A stretch of DNA of 64,000 bases from Synergistales bacterium (lineage in GTDB: Bacteria; Synergistota; Synergistia; Synergistales; JAFGMB01), in contig OY762654.1 of NCBI GenBank assembly GCA_963666205.1, forward strand, positions 2,016,001 through 2,080,000, written 5' to 3'. The position numbers were made by a program, and so were the translations under genes. Of the stretch, positions 19,204 through 29,564 are shown piece after piece (positions within the stretch are counted from its first letter, which is position 1; each line of letters starts with the position of its first letter). Below the pieces are notes generated by a model. The model saw only the letters and a program-made list of their open reading frames with translations, searched no databases and was not told the DNA's origin.

Positions 19204-20235
19204 ATGAATACTGAAAAATGCTCTCCTCAAATTTCAATAGTTATACCTGTCTTTAACAGTGCTGAATCCCTGAAAGTACTGGTAGAAAAGATATCCTCTG
19301 TTATGGAAGATCGGTTGGGTTCCACATATGAGATCCTTTTTGTGGATGACTGCTCTCCTAATGAGCATACCTGGGAGATAATCCAAAGCCTTGCAGATAC
19401 AAAAGCGGAAGTTAAAGGGATAAGACTCCGGAAAAATGTCGGTCAGCATCAGGCTACCTTCTGCGGATTCTCCCTTGCATCCGGAGGCACTATCATAACC
19501 ATGGATGACGATCTGCAGCATGATCCTGGAGATATCCCCTTCCTTCTTGAATGCTCCGGGGCAGATGCGGTTATTGCAGTCTTTAAGAGTAAAAAACAGG
19601 GTTTATTCAGAAATATTACAAGCAGGATAAAGGAGTTTTTCGATACTGCCATTCTTAAAAAGCCATCAGACATTAAACTGACGTCGTCTTTCAGGGTCAT
19701 TAAAAAAGAGATCGTCAGGGAGATACTGAAAGTCCATACATCATTTCCCCTTGTGGGATCTCTTATCTGGTCTGTTACGGACAACATCGTCAACATTCCC
19801 CTTGACCATCATCCCCGTCATAGCGGGAAAAGCGGATATTCTTTTTTCAGAAGGCTGACATTATTCTCTAATCTTGTTTTTAATCACTCATCCCTGATCC
19901 TCAGGTTCATGTCAAAGCTGGGTATTCTTACAGCTTTTGCCGGGATCACTTTCGGTATTATCCTTGCAGGGAGGAAGATATTGTTTGGCAATGTGGCCCA
20001 GGGCTGGACTTCTCTGGAGGTCACTATCCTTGTATTAGGTGGTCTTATCCTTCTCTCCCTTGGTGTAATAGGGGAGTATCTATACAGAATACTTACGGCG
20101 GTGGAAATCCGGCCCCGTTATGTAATAGATTCTACGATCAATATAGATAAATTGCAGGAAGATAAGGAGCTTGGGAAGGATAACGTTTCTATTCCTGTAT
20201 TTGAAGCCTCCGAGGGCATAAAAAGGGGCCAATAG
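19204..20235 (+). CDS. GT2 polyprenyl-phosphate glycosyltransferase (ArnC/GtrB-like)
   Basis: ISIVIPVFN, VDDCSP, NVGQHQA, MDDDLQHDP, two C-terminal TM helices and IGEYL.RI. Confidence 0.9.
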   Translation: MNTEKCSPQISIVIPVFNSAESLKVLVEKISSVMEDRLGSTYEILFVDDCSPNEHTWEIIQSLADTKAEVKGIRLRKNVGQHQATFCGFSLASGGTIITMDDDLQHDPGDIPFLLECSGADAVIAVFKSKKQGLFRNITSRIKEFFDTAILKKPSDIKLTSSFRVIKKEIVREILKVHTSFPLVGSLIWSVTDNIVNIPLDHHPRHSGKSGYSFFRRLTLFSNLVFNHSSLILRFMSKLGILTAFAGITFGIILAGRKILFGNVAQGWTSLEVTILVLGGLILLSLGVIGEYLYRILTAVEIRPRYVIDSTINIDKLQEDKELGKDNVSIPVFEASEGIKRGQ

Positions 20236-20239
20236 AAAG

Positions 20240-20584
20240 ATGAAAGGAAAGGGTCTTTACGATCATTTAACTTTACAGATAGCTTATTTTATTTTCTCCC
20301 TGGCTGTCCTGAGCATGAAATATGCTTCAACCTTTGCTTTCGGCTCAGTTTCTTTCCTGAAATATTATCTTCTCTCCCTTCTCTTAATGGCCAGTTATGC
20401 TTTTTTCTGGCAGAAAGTCCTGGCCATTTATCCGCTTACCAGGGCTTATTCATGGAAATCCCTGGTATTCCTCTGGGTTTTTATTTTCTCAATTTTCCTT
20501 TTCAATGAATCGGTAACCTGGAAGAATATTGCCGGGGCACTTCTTATTGTTTCGGGAGCCATAATGGTGAACTCAAGTGAATAA
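20240..20584 (+). CDS. Small 4-TM SMR/EamA-like protein (ArnE/ArnF-type flippase subunit)
   Basis: 114 aa and hydrophobic. YPLTRAYS and FNESVT motifs. Confidence 0.75.
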   Translation: MKGKGLYDHLTLQIAYFIFSLAVLSMKYASTFAFGSVSFLKYYLLSLLLMASYAFFWQKVLAIYPLTRAYSWKSLVFLWVFIFSIFLFNESVTWKNIAGALLIVSGAIMVNSSE

Positions 20585-20912
20585 ATACTATATTTTCTTT
20601 CTTTCGGGAGTTCTTGTTTCATCTCTCGCCCAGATCATATTGAAAAAAAGTGCGGTCAGAAAATACTCTACGGTTTCAGGAAGATATCTGAACCCGGGAG
20701 TGTTTTCAGGTTATTTCATCTTATTCTGTGTAACCCTGCTTACGGCATTTGCCTACAGGGGTATACCTTTGAAGGCGGGTCCAGTCCTTCAGTCCTCAGG
20801 TTATATATTCATAGCCCTTCTTAGCAGGTTCCTCCTTGGAGAAAAACTCTCCTTAAGTCAGTGGAAGGGTATCTTTCTTATAATCACAGGTATTATCGTT
20901 TTTCACTTATAG
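20577..20912 (+). CDS. Small 4-TM SMR/EamA-like protein (ArnE/ArnF-type flippase subunit)
   Basis: 111 aa and hydrophobic. AQIILKKSA and LLGEKLS motifs. Overlaps the partner gene. Confidence 0.75.
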   Translation: MNKYYIFFLSGVLVSSLAQIILKKSAVRKYSTVSGRYLNPGVFSGYFILFCVTLLTAFAYRGIPLKAGPVLQSSGYIFIALLSRFLLGEKLSLSQWKGIFLIITGIIVFHL

Positions 20913-20921
20913 GAGGTATTC

Positions 20922-22691
20922 ATGAAGCCTTTACATCCTGAACCAGTTTACAGTAAATCAAACCTTTTTCTGAAGATCCTTATATTGGTCTGGCCTTTTC
21001 TTTTTATATGGCAGGGCGTAGATCTTACGGACACAGGATATCTCCTCTCAGGAGGGCAGCAGGTTTTTGTCGAGCCTCAGAATGTTCAGTTCAGCTATCT
21101 CCTTTCATTTGTTATCACGGGTATCTGGAGTCGTATTACAGCGTCCCTTGGATTGATGGGAGCCTATCTCGGGGGGGCCTTTCTTTACATCCTTACAGCT
21201 TTTTGTGTTTACAGGACTTTACGAAAACAGATGCCGGAAAGGATCCTGCTGTTGGGACTGCTTCTGGCCGTTATGATCCCCAATCTCATGAGATATATTA
21301 ATTACAACAACCTCACATCACTTTTCTTTGTCCTGGGGTCGGCTGTATTAATCAAGGCTTTCACCAGCCATAGAGAGTTCGATTACTTCCTTGCAGGGAT
21401 CATTTTCGGATCAAGCTTTTATCTTCGTCTGCCCAACCTGGTTTCCATTTCTCTGTCTTTAGTCATAGTGGCAGGACATTATCTCAATGGATCAGCCTGG
21501 AAAGACATTCTGAAAGGCTCTCTGTTTTTTATTTCAGGTTTTATTTCTGCTTTGATAGTGCCCTTTATGATCCTTCACATCTGGGGCCTGTCGGATCATT
21601 ATTTTGAGACATTTCAGCGCCTGTTGAGTTTTATGACAGATTCCTCCTCCCATCATTCAGGGGAAGGGCTGATACGTAAAGTGATCCTCGATTTTGACAG
21701 GACCTTTGCTGCGTTTTTTAAAAGTTTCATTATCCTTGCCATCCTGGCAAAAATAAACGATATCTTCCAGAGCCGCATCCTGCGTACAATTACCATAGTC
21801 CTTTCTCTTGCCGTTGTTTTCCTGATCGGATCAGGTTTTATAGGTAAGACGGCAGCTTATCATTACTATATTCTTGGCTTTATCGAATTTATGCTTCTCC
21901 TGCAGGTCCTGGGATTCACATCATCAGAGGGAGAGATCCGTTTTGCCAGTCTCTTGGCTTTTATGGTCATGATGTTCGGCATGGCCGGCTCCAACACTGG
22001 ACTGAGTGCCGCCCGTTATAACCTGTGGCTTGCTCTTCCTTTAAGCCTTCACGGTCTGTTTACCTTAAAAGGATTATATTTGTGCGAATTTCTCAACGTG
22101 GAGAAAGGAGTAAAAGTTCAGAATGGTGGGATATCACTGTTCAGCGAAAAGGGGATGAAAATGACAAGGAAAATCATCTCCATTTCCATGGCCCTGTTTT
22201 TCCTTATTCTGTGTTATCGTTTCAGTTATAAGGATTCAGAACAGAGATACCTGCTGCGTTACAATATCGACCACCCTAAGATGCAGTATGTCTTTACCAC
22301 CCGTGAAAGAGCTGAGGTAATGACAGAAGCGCTGAATGAGATCTCTAAATATGTTCTGCCAGGGGACTACCTCCTGGCATATAATTATGTACCTCTTTTC
22401 TATTACCTCACAGATACAAGACCCTATGTGTATCATTCCTGGCCGGAGATGTATTCTCCTGAACAGCTGATAGATAAACTTAAACAGGCTATCGCAGAGA
22501 GACATGGCCTTCCCCCTGTGATCAGGGCAAAGTATCCACCCCTTAACGATTCCTGGCCGGAGAAACATTTATCAGGCAGGGGGTCAGTCAGACATCACCA
22601 GGTCTTTGATGAATTTCTGAAACAGGGTAAATATCTACAGGTGTGGGAAAACGAGTTTTTCCAGATCCTTCTGCCGCCGTCGTCATGGTAG
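20922..22691 (+). CDS. Polytopic membrane protein, probable GT-C fold glycosyltransferase
   Basis: About 12 TM segments, an acidic GVDLTDTGY loop after the first helix, and a soluble C-terminal domain. Last gene of the GT2/flippase operon. Confidence 0.6.
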   Translation: MKPLHPEPVYSKSNLFLKILILVWPFLFIWQGVDLTDTGYLLSGGQQVFVEPQNVQFSYLLSFVITGIWSRITASLGLMGAYLGGAFLYILTAFCVYRTLRKQMPERILLLGLLLAVMIPNLMRYINYNNLTSLFFVLGSAVLIKAFTSHREFDYFLAGIIFGSSFYLRLPNLVSISLSLVIVAGHYLNGSAWKDILKGSLFFISGFISALIVPFMILHIWGLSDHYFETFQRLLSFMTDSSSHHSGEGLIRKVILDFDRTFAAFFKSFIILAILAKINDIFQSRILRTITIVLSLAVVFLIGSGFIGKTAAYHYYILGFIEFMLLLQVLGFTSSEGEIRFASLLAFMVMMFGMAGSNTGLSAARYNLWLALPLSLHGLFTLKGLYLCEFLNVEKGVKVQNGGISLFSEKGMKMTRKIISISMALFFLILCYRFSYKDSEQRYLLRYNIDHPKMQYVFTTRERAEVMTEALNEISKYVLPGDYLLAYNYVPLFYYLTDTRPYVYHSWPEMYSPEQLIDKLKQAIAERHGLPPVIRAKYPPLNDSWPEKHLSGRGSVRHHQVFDEFLKQGKYLQVWENEFFQILLPPSSW

Positions 22692-22763
22692 TGTGACGAT
22701 GGAAAGATTCTCTTATTCTGCTTAAGAATAGAGTCAGGAGAGGAAGAAAATATTCAGGGCGAT

Positions 22764-23633
22764 CTATTGCAGAAGTTCGATCAGGTATTTCCCATAACTG
22801 TTTCTGGAGAGAGGTCCTGCAAGTTTCTGCAGTTGTTCCCTGTTGATGAAACCCTTGTGAAAGGCTATTTCTTCAGGGCAGGAAACCATGAGTCCCTGCC
22901 TCTTCTGGATGACCTGTATGAAGTTCGATGCTTCCAGAAGGCTTTCATGGGTTCCTGTATCCAGCCAGGCAAAACCTCTCCCGAGGAGTTCGGTATGTAA
23001 TTCCTCTTTTTCCATGTAGAGCCTGTTAAGATCTGTAATCTCAAGTTCTCCCCGTTTTGAAGGTTTCAGGGTCTCAGCAAGTTCCACCACCTGTTCATCA
23101 TAGAAGTATAAACCCACGAGGGCATAGTTTGATCTTGGATGAAGGGGTTTTTCCTCCATGCTTATGACCTTTCCGGAACTGTCGAACTCAACAACTCCAT
23201 ATCTTTCAGGGTCTTTGACAGGATATCCGAATACGGTTGCTCCCTTATTCTGCCTGACCGCTTTTTCAAGAACTCCGCTGAAACCACTTCCGTAAAAGAT
23301 ATTGTCACCCAGTACAAGGGCACATCCTTGTCCTGAGATGAAGTCTTTCCCGATTATGAAGGCCTGGGGAAGTCCGTCAGGTTCTTTCTGTATGGCATAG
23401 GATATGGAAAGCCCCCACTGGGATCCGTCTCCAAGAAGCTGAACAAAGTCAGCTTTGTCCCGGGGCGTTGTTATGATAAGGATATTTCTGATACCGGCAA
23501 GCATCAATGTGCTCAAAGAGTAATAGATCATAGGTTTGTCATAAACCGGCATGAGCTGTTTGCTTACCGGAATGGTCAGAGGGTAGAGTCTTGTGCCGTA
23601 TCCTCCAGCCAGTATGATCCCCTTTTCTATCAT
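22764..23633 (-). CDS. rfbA: Glucose-1-phosphate thymidylyltransferase
   Basis: [39 protein letters not shown] and [11 protein letters not shown] motifs. Confidence 0.95.
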   Translation of the reverse strand: MIEKGIILAGGYGTRLYPLTIPVSKQLMPVYDKPMIYYSLSTLMLAGIRNILIITTPRDKADFVQLLGDGSQWGLSISYAIQKEPDGLPQAFIIGKDFISGQGCALVLGDNIFYGSGFSGVLEKAVRQNKGATVFGYPVKDPERYGVVEFDSSGKVISMEEKPLHPRSNYALVGLYFYDEQVVELAETLKPSKRGELEITDLNRLYMEKEELHTELLGRGFAWLDTGTHESLLEASNFIQVIQKRQGLMVSCPEEIAFHKGFINREQLQKLAGPLSRNSYGKYLIELLQ

Positions 23634-23650
23634 GGTATCAGTCCTTTCAT

Positions 23651-24715
23651 TCAGTATTTCCGTTCCCCGAGTCCGAGCCTTTCCATCCCATATTTACCCT
23701 TTGTAACTCCATTTATCCAGGACCTGTTTTCAAGATACCACCTGACAGTTTTTTCAAGGCCCGACTGAAAAGTCTCCCTGGGTTCCCAGCCTGTCTGTTT
23801 TCTTATTTTCCCGGAGTCCATGGCATATCTTCTATCGTGGCCAGGCCTGTCACCTACAAAATCTATGAGTTTTCTGAAGTCTTTGATCACCGGGTCGGGT
23901 TTCAATTTATTCAACAGATCGCATATATTCTCCACTACTTCCAGGTTGGATCTTTCGCAGTTACCCCCGATGTTATAGTTTTCGCCGGGTGTTCCCCTGG
24001 AAAGTACCGAGACCAGTGCCCTGCAGTGATCTTCAACGAAAAGCCAGTCTCTGATATTGGCTCCGTCACCATATACAGGTAATTTCTCTGACCTGAGAAT
24101 TTTCTCGATCATAAGGGGAATGAGTTTTTCCGGAAACTGAAAGGGGCCATAGTTGTTTGAGGAATTGGTTATTATTCCAGGCAGTCCATAGGTTGCATGG
24201 TATGCCCGTACCAGGTGATCAGAAGAGGCTTTTGATGCAGAATAAGGGGATCCCGGGGCATAGGGAGTGGTTTCTGTAAAATAACCTTCCTTACCCAGGG
24301 AACCGTAAACTTCGTCTGTTGAAACATGTAGAAATCTGAACCTGCGTTTATCTTCTTCAGAGAGGAAATTCCAGTAGTATCGTGTAGCTTCAAGGAGTTG
24401 AAAGGTGCCAGAGATATTAGTGTTTATGAAGTCTGCCGGATCATCTATGGATCGGTCCACATGGGTTTCTGCTGCAAGGTTTATCACGGCCCTGGGGGTA
24501 TATTTTTTTAAAAGGCTGGAAACGAGTGTACTATCCCCGATATCCCCCCTGACGAAGAGATGTCTCTCATGGCCAATTACATCGGAAAGTGAATCCATAT
24601 TCCCTGCATAGGTAAGTTTATCGAGGTTGATCACATTCCTTGATTCATGTAAAAGAAGATATTTTACCAGGTTGCTTCCTATAAAACCCGCTCCGCCTGT
24701 AACAAGGATAGTCAT
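23651..24715 (-). CDS. rfbB: dTDP-glucose 4,6-dehydratase
   Basis: [35 protein letters not shown] and [10 protein letters not shown] motifs. Start placed at MTILV. Confidence 0.95.
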   Translation of the reverse strand: MTILVTGGAGFIGSNLVKYLLLHESRNVINLDKLTYAGNMDSLSDVIGHERHLFVRGDIGDSTLVSSLLKKYTPRAVINLAAETHVDRSIDDPADFINTNISGTFQLLEATRYYWNFLSEEDKRRFRFLHVSTDEVYGSLGKEGYFTETTPYAPGSPYSASKASSDHLVRAYHATYGLPGIITNSSNNYGPFQFPEKLIPLMIEKILRSEKLPVYGDGANIRDWLFVEDHCRALVSVLSRGTPGENYNIGGNCERSNLEVVENICDLLNKLKPDPVIKDFRKLIDFVGDRPGHDRRYAMDSGKIRKQTGWEPRETFQSGLEKTVRWYLENRSWINGVTKGKYGMERLGLGERKY

Positions 24716-24892
24716 GGCAGTCTCTCCGGATCTGAATTTTCCTTCTCTCTTATGAAGTGTACTTGAATTTGAATATTTATCCAAGCAATAGATATTCCTT
24801 TTTCTTAAACGCAAAAAGGGGAATTCCGGATTTCATCTTTCTCTGGAATCTTCAAGGGTTTCTGTTGCTGCTGTTCCCTTGATTATATCTTT

Positions 24893-24946
24893 CTTAATAT
24901 TTCTTAACACTCTTGAACCGCATCTTAACAGACCAGGATATATACT
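24893..24946 (+). promoter_or_regulatory. Periodic CTTAA-type direct repeats upstream of a -10 (OmpR/PhoB-family site candidate)
   Basis: CTTAAT 24893, CTTAAC 24903, CTTGAA 24912, CTTAAC 24924, then TATACT 24941-24946. Confidence 0.5.
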
Positions 24947-24995
24947 GCTTTCAAGATGTGAATGAGATAGTAAACATTGCACATGGAGGTTCTGC

Positions 24996-26258
24996 ATGAA
25001 AAAGGTCTTATCGCTATTTATTACAGTTTTAATGTTCGTGCCCTCTCTTGCAGGGGCAGTGGAAATTGAGGAAGGACAGAGTCTGACCCTGGAACAATGT
25101 ATGGAGATCGCCCTCGAGATGCATCCGGATCTCCGGGGGGCAAAAGCCCGGATCGATGCCAGAGAAAGCGTCGTATCACAAGTCAGGACAGCCTGGAAAC
25201 CGGAGGTGGGTCTTTCCAGCAGTTATAACAGGCGTTCAGTAACTGATGATGGATACGACAGGTATTCCAGCAGCGTAAGTGTTTCTCAGCTTATAAGCGA
25301 TGGTGGGAAGACCAGGAGCCAGGTGAATGTGGCTGAAATAGATCTCCAGTCATCCGGATATGACTATGATGACATGGTCCAGGCCCTGATTTTTGATGTG
25401 AAGGATACTTATTTTGCTCTTCTCAGGGCAAATAAAGAAGAGGAAGTGGTTCAGGAAGCAGTGAAGATGTATGAACACCATCTGGAACAGGCCCGGGGAT
25501 ATTATGAGGTGGGAAGGGTTTCCAGATATGATGTGACCACTGCAGAAGTGGATCTCAGCAATGCAAGACTGAACCTTATCAGGGCAAAGACCTCTGTCAA
25601 AACGGCCAGGTCAGGTCTTAACAATGCCCTTGGTTATCCGGATGCACCCCTGTTCTCAATAGAAGACATGCTGACCTATGAGAAGATCGAACTTACCAGG
25701 GAAAAAGCTCTTGCAATGGCCTTCGATATGAGGCCTGACCTGAAGTCCCTGGAAGCAAAGAAAAGGGCCTCGGAAGAATCTGTTCTGCTTGCTGCAAGAT
25801 CCAATTCTCCAACCTTGTCTGCAACTGCAGGATATTCCTGGGGGGATGATGATTTTACTGGAGATGAAGAACTCTATGTCGGGATCTCCCTGAATGTATC
25901 TCTTTATGATGGAGGTCTGGCGAAGGAAAAAATAAGGGGAGCCCGGGCAGATCTTGCAGGAAAAGAGGCGGATCTTCAAGGCCTTGAACAGGATGTGATC
26001 CTGGAAGTGGAAAAGGCTTACCTGGAAGTAGAGGATTCAGAACAGGCCATTCTCACCGCAGACAAAATTGTTCAGCAGGCCAGGGAAAATCTGGATCTTG
26101 CCAACGGAAGATATGAGGTGGGAGTCGGTTCGCCTATTGAAGTAACGGATGCTACAGAAAATTATATCAATGCAAGGAATACATATTACACCGCTCTTTA
26201 CGATTATCGATCAGCCCTTGCGGCTCTGGAGAAAGCAATTGGAGGTAAGGTGAAATGA
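24996..26258 (+). CDS. TolC family outer membrane efflux protein
   Basis: Signal peptide, LTLEQCMEIALE.HP, RYEVGVGSPIEV and terminal LEKAIG. Confidence 0.9.
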   Translation: MKKVLSLFITVLMFVPSLAGAVEIEEGQSLTLEQCMEIALEMHPDLRGAKARIDARESVVSQVRTAWKPEVGLSSSYNRRSVTDDGYDRYSSSVSVSQLISDGGKTRSQVNVAEIDLQSSGYDYDDMVQALIFDVKDTYFALLRANKEEEVVQEAVKMYEHHLEQARGYYEVGRVSRYDVTTAEVDLSNARLNLIRAKTSVKTARSGLNNALGYPDAPLFSIEDMLTYEKIELTREKALAMAFDMRPDLKSLEAKKRASEESVLLAARSNSPTLSATAGYSWGDDDFTGDEELYVGISLNVSLYDGGLAKEKIRGARADLAGKEADLQGLEQDVILEVEKAYLEVEDSEQAILTADKIVQQARENLDLANGRYEVGVGSPIEVTDATENYINARNTYYTALYDYRSALAALEKAIGGKVK

Positions 26259-27499
26259 AGAAGATATTCCTGTCCCTTCTGGTAATCGTTTTCGGAGTAG
26301 GAGGGTTCCTGTTTTTTTACGGTAATAAGGGTAATTCCATTACAGTGGATAACACAACGGTTACAAAGGGAGATATCATAAAGGCCGTATCCGCTACTGG
26401 AACCCTTGAAGCAGTTAACACTGTCAATATTGGAGCCCAGGTTTCAGGCACAATAAAAAATATTTATGTTGACTATAATTCCACGGTTAAAAAGGGAGAC
26501 CTTCTTGCCGAGATAGATCCATCCCTCCTGTCTGCAAGGGTCAGGCAATCCAGGGCTGATGTTATGGCTGCAAAGGCAAATATACAGGAAGCACAGTCCA
26601 GTGTTAAGAATGCAAAAAAGACCAGGGATCGTAACAAAGAGCTTTTTGTGAGGGATCTCATAGCAGAGAGCGAACTTGATTCAGCCCAGACAGACTATGA
26701 AACAGCCATGGCAAAGCTGAATTCAGCCAAAGCTAATCTTGCCCAGGCTGAGGCAGACCTTGAATATGATGAAACCACCCTTGGTTATACAAAGATAATT
26801 TCTCCAATAAATGGTGTTGTTACAGACAGGGCAATAGATGAAGGACAGACGGTCAATTCCAGTCAGTCAGCACCCACTCTTTTCACTATAGCTGAAGATC
26901 TTGCCAGGATGCAGGTAGAGGCTGATATAGATGAGGCTGATATCGGCCAGATCAGAAAGGCTCAGGCTGTAGAATTCACCGTAGATGCCTATCCGGACCT
27001 GTCCTTTAACGGAGAAGTTGATGAGATAAGACTTGCACCTAATACTGAAGGGAATGTGGTAACCTACACCGTTATAGTGAAGGTTCATAACCCTGACCTG
27101 AAGCTTATGCCTGGAATGACTGCTAATGTTTCCATAATTTCCCAAAAACGGGAGGGAGTTTTCAGGGTTGCCAATTCGGCATTCAAATTTAAACCAGTAA
27201 CAAGTCTGATGGAGATGCCAGAAAGTCCTGGTGCAGCGGAGGGAGCCCAGCCCGGAAAGCAGGGACGGAGGCGGGAAGGTGCAGAGGTTGTCCGAAATGG
27301 TTCCGGTACCCCCAGGACCCTCTGGATCTACGAAAACGGAAAACTGAAGCCTCTTCCTGTAAAGACAGGTATCTCAGACGGTATGTATACTGAAATCTCA
27401 GGCGAACTTACCGAAGGTCTTGAAGTTGTTGTCAGCATATCTGGTGCTGACGATTCAAAAAAAGGAGGTTCTCCCTTTGGCTTTGGTCCTCGTAGATGA
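26255..27499 (+). CDS. Efflux periplasmic adaptor (MacA-like)
   Basis: SATGTLEAVNTVNIGAQVSG, ISPINGVV, IDEADIG and LMPGMTANV motifs. Confidence 0.9.
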   Translation: MKKIFLSLLVIVFGVGGFLFFYGNKGNSITVDNTTVTKGDIIKAVSATGTLEAVNTVNIGAQVSGTIKNIYVDYNSTVKKGDLLAEIDPSLLSARVRQSRADVMAAKANIQEAQSSVKNAKKTRDRNKELFVRDLIAESELDSAQTDYETAMAKLNSAKANLAQAEADLEYDETTLGYTKIISPINGVVTDRAIDEGQTVNSSQSAPTLFTIAEDLARMQVEADIDEADIGQIRKAQAVEFTVDAYPDLSFNGEVDEIRLAPNTEGNVVTYTVIVKVHNPDLKLMPGMTANVSIISQKREGVFRVANSAFKFKPVTSLMEMPESPGAAEGAQPGKQGRRREGAEVVRNGSGTPRTLWIYENGKLKPLPVKTGISDGMYTEISGELTEGLEVVVSISGADDSKKGGSPFGFGPRR

Positions 27500-28166
27500 T
27501 ATTCACAAGAGCTATTGCCTTGGTGATGTACAGGTCCATGCTCTGCAGGGGGTCAGTTTCTCCATAGGAGAAGGAGAGTTTGTCTCCATAATGGGGGCTT
27601 CGGGCTCTGGTAAATCTACCCTTATGAATATTATAGGCTGCCTGGATATTCCCAGCAAAGGTAAGTATATCCTGAACGGAGAGGACGTAAGCAGGCTTGG
27701 ATCAGATCAGCTTGCGGATATCAGGAAGAATACCATAGGATTTGTATTTCAGGGATTTAATCTTCTTCCAAAGATGTCAGCCCTTGAAAATGTGGAACTT
27801 CCCATGCTCTACAAAGGAGTTGGAGCTAAAAAACGGAGGGAAGGAGCCATGGAGGCTCTTAAAAAAGTTGATCTGGAGGATAGGGCAGAACACCAGCCCC
27901 ATCAGCTTTCAGGAGGACAGCAGCAGAGGGTGGCAATCGCCAGGGCTCTGGCAAACGATGCTCCCATTATCCTTGCAGATGAGCCAACGGGAAACCTGGA
28001 CAGCCATACAAGTGAAGAGGTTATGAAACTCTTTGTACGTCTCAATGAAGAGACAGGAAAAACGATAATCCAGGTCACCCATGAACCCGACATGGCACAT
28101 TTCGGCAGGCGGATCTTGACTTTCCGTGATGGAAGAATGTTAAGGGATGAAAAGGTGAGAACATAA
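27477..28166 (+). CDS. ABC transporter ATP-binding protein (MacB/LolD-like)
   Basis: GASGSGKST, LSGGQQQRV and ILADEPTGNLD motifs. TTG start at 27477 after AGGAGG. Confidence 0.9.
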   Translation: MALVLVDDIHKSYCLGDVQVHALQGVSFSIGEGEFVSIMGASGSGKSTLMNIIGCLDIPSKGKYILNGEDVSRLGSDQLADIRKNTIGFVFQGFNLLPKMSALENVELPMLYKGVGAKKRREGAMEALKKVDLEDRAEHQPHQLSGGQQQRVAIARALANDAPIILADEPTGNLDSHTSEEVMKLFVRLNEETGKTIIQVTHEPDMAHFGRRILTFRDGRMLRDEKVRT

Positions 28167-29392
28167 TGATGAGTATTGTCGAAACATCCAGGATATCCTT
28201 TCGTGCACTCAGGGCGAACAAAACCCGTTCTGCTCTCACCATGCTTGGAATAGTCATAGGAGTCATGGCCGTCATCATTATGTTCGCAGTGGGGACTGGT
28301 GCTAACAGACAGATAAGCCAGCAGTTCGCGAGCCTTGGTACTAATATCCTGATGGTAAGACCAGGGGCTGACAGGGGACCTGGCGGAGGTTCAAGAAATA
28401 CAGTTAATACCCTTGTTGTCGAAGATGCCTATTCCATTATGGAGAATTGCAGTGCAGTAGCGTATGCAGCACCCGTTTATGGCGGAAATGCCCAGACCGT
28501 TTACGGAAATACCAATTACCCGGCCAAAGTCACTGGTACAACCCTGGATTATTTTGCCATCCAGGACTGGGAACTGGTCTCTGGAAGAGTCTTTACTGAA
28601 CAGGATGTCCGAAGTGCCACAAAGGTCTGTGTGATAGGTCAGACTATTGTTGAAGAACTTTTTGGAGGAGAAGATCCTCTGGGAAAGATCATTCGTGTTA
28701 AAAAGATCCCCATGGTGGTGATCGGGGTCCTTGAAGAATTGGGTGACAGTCCAAGGGGAGATGATCAGGATAATGTTGTGATCGTTCCCGTATCAACGGC
28801 TCAGAGGAGGATGTTCAGTCCACCCAGACCTGATAGTGTTTCCATGATATCCGTCAAGGCGATAGACGAGACCCATCTCGATATTGCCCAGAAACAGATA
28901 GAGGATCTTCTTGCCCTTCGCCATAGGATCAGACCAGGACAGGATAACGATTTTTCTGTCAGAAATCTTACCCAGTTCGTAGAATCCGCTAAAAGTGCGA
29001 CGACCGTCATGACCATGCTTCTTACCGCAGTTGCTGGAGTTTCCCTGCTTGTAGGCGGGATAGGAATAATGAACATAATGCTTGTTTCCGTAACAGAGAG
29101 AACGAGAGAAATAGGTATAAGAATGGCTGTTGGTGCAAAGAGTTCGGATATAAGACTTCAGTTTCTGGTAGAGGCCCTGACCCTTTCCCTTCTTGGTGGA
29201 ATGATCGGGATAGTTCTCGGGGTCGGCGGGGCGCAGTTTATCTCGACAGGATTTGGCTGGGCTACCGAGGTGTCTCTAATGTCTGTTCTTCTCTCTTTTG
29301 GGTTTTCCGGTTTCGTGGGTATATTTTTCGGTTATTACCCCGCCTGGAAGGCTTCTCTTCTGAACCCCATCGATGCCTTGCGGTACGAATAG
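28166..29392 (+). CDS. ABC transporter permease (MacB-like)
   Basis: RSALTMLGIVIG, GGIGIMNIMLVSVTERTREIGIR and PIDALRYE motifs. Confidence 0.92.
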   Translation: MMSIVETSRISFRALRANKTRSALTMLGIVIGVMAVIIMFAVGTGANRQISQQFASLGTNILMVRPGADRGPGGGSRNTVNTLVVEDAYSIMENCSAVAYAAPVYGGNAQTVYGNTNYPAKVTGTTLDYFAIQDWELVSGRVFTEQDVRSATKVCVIGQTIVEELFGGEDPLGKIIRVKKIPMVVIGVLEELGDSPRGDDQDNVVIVPVSTAQRRMFSPPRPDSVSMISVKAIDETHLDIAQKQIEDLLALRHRIRPGQDNDFSVRNLTQFVESAKSATTVMTMLLTAVAGVSLLVGGIGIMNIMLVSVTERTREIGIRMAVGAKSSDIRLQFLVEALTLSLLGGMIGIVLGVGGAQFISTGFGWATEVSLMSVLLSFGFSGFVGIFFGYYPAWKASLLNPIDALRYE

Positions 29393-29458
29393 ATCTTCCT
29401 GTTTAGTATTTCCTTTAAAAGATGCAGGGTAAGCTCATCGGGAGGTTTTCTTGCCCTG

Positions 29459-29511
29459 CTTTACATTTCTTTACAAGTCTTGACAGCATCTTTAGATAAA
29501 AAAGATATCCT
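29459..29511 (+). promoter_or_regulatory. Four periodic CTTTACA-like direct repeats upstream of a -10
   Basis: CTTTACA 29459, CTTTACA 29469, CTTGACA 29479, CTTTAGA 29490, then TATCCT 29506-29511. Confidence 0.55.
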
Positions 29512-29564
29512 TGTATTCGAGAGAAAAAATGAATTTTGAAACCCCAAAAAAGAGGTGAACCGTT

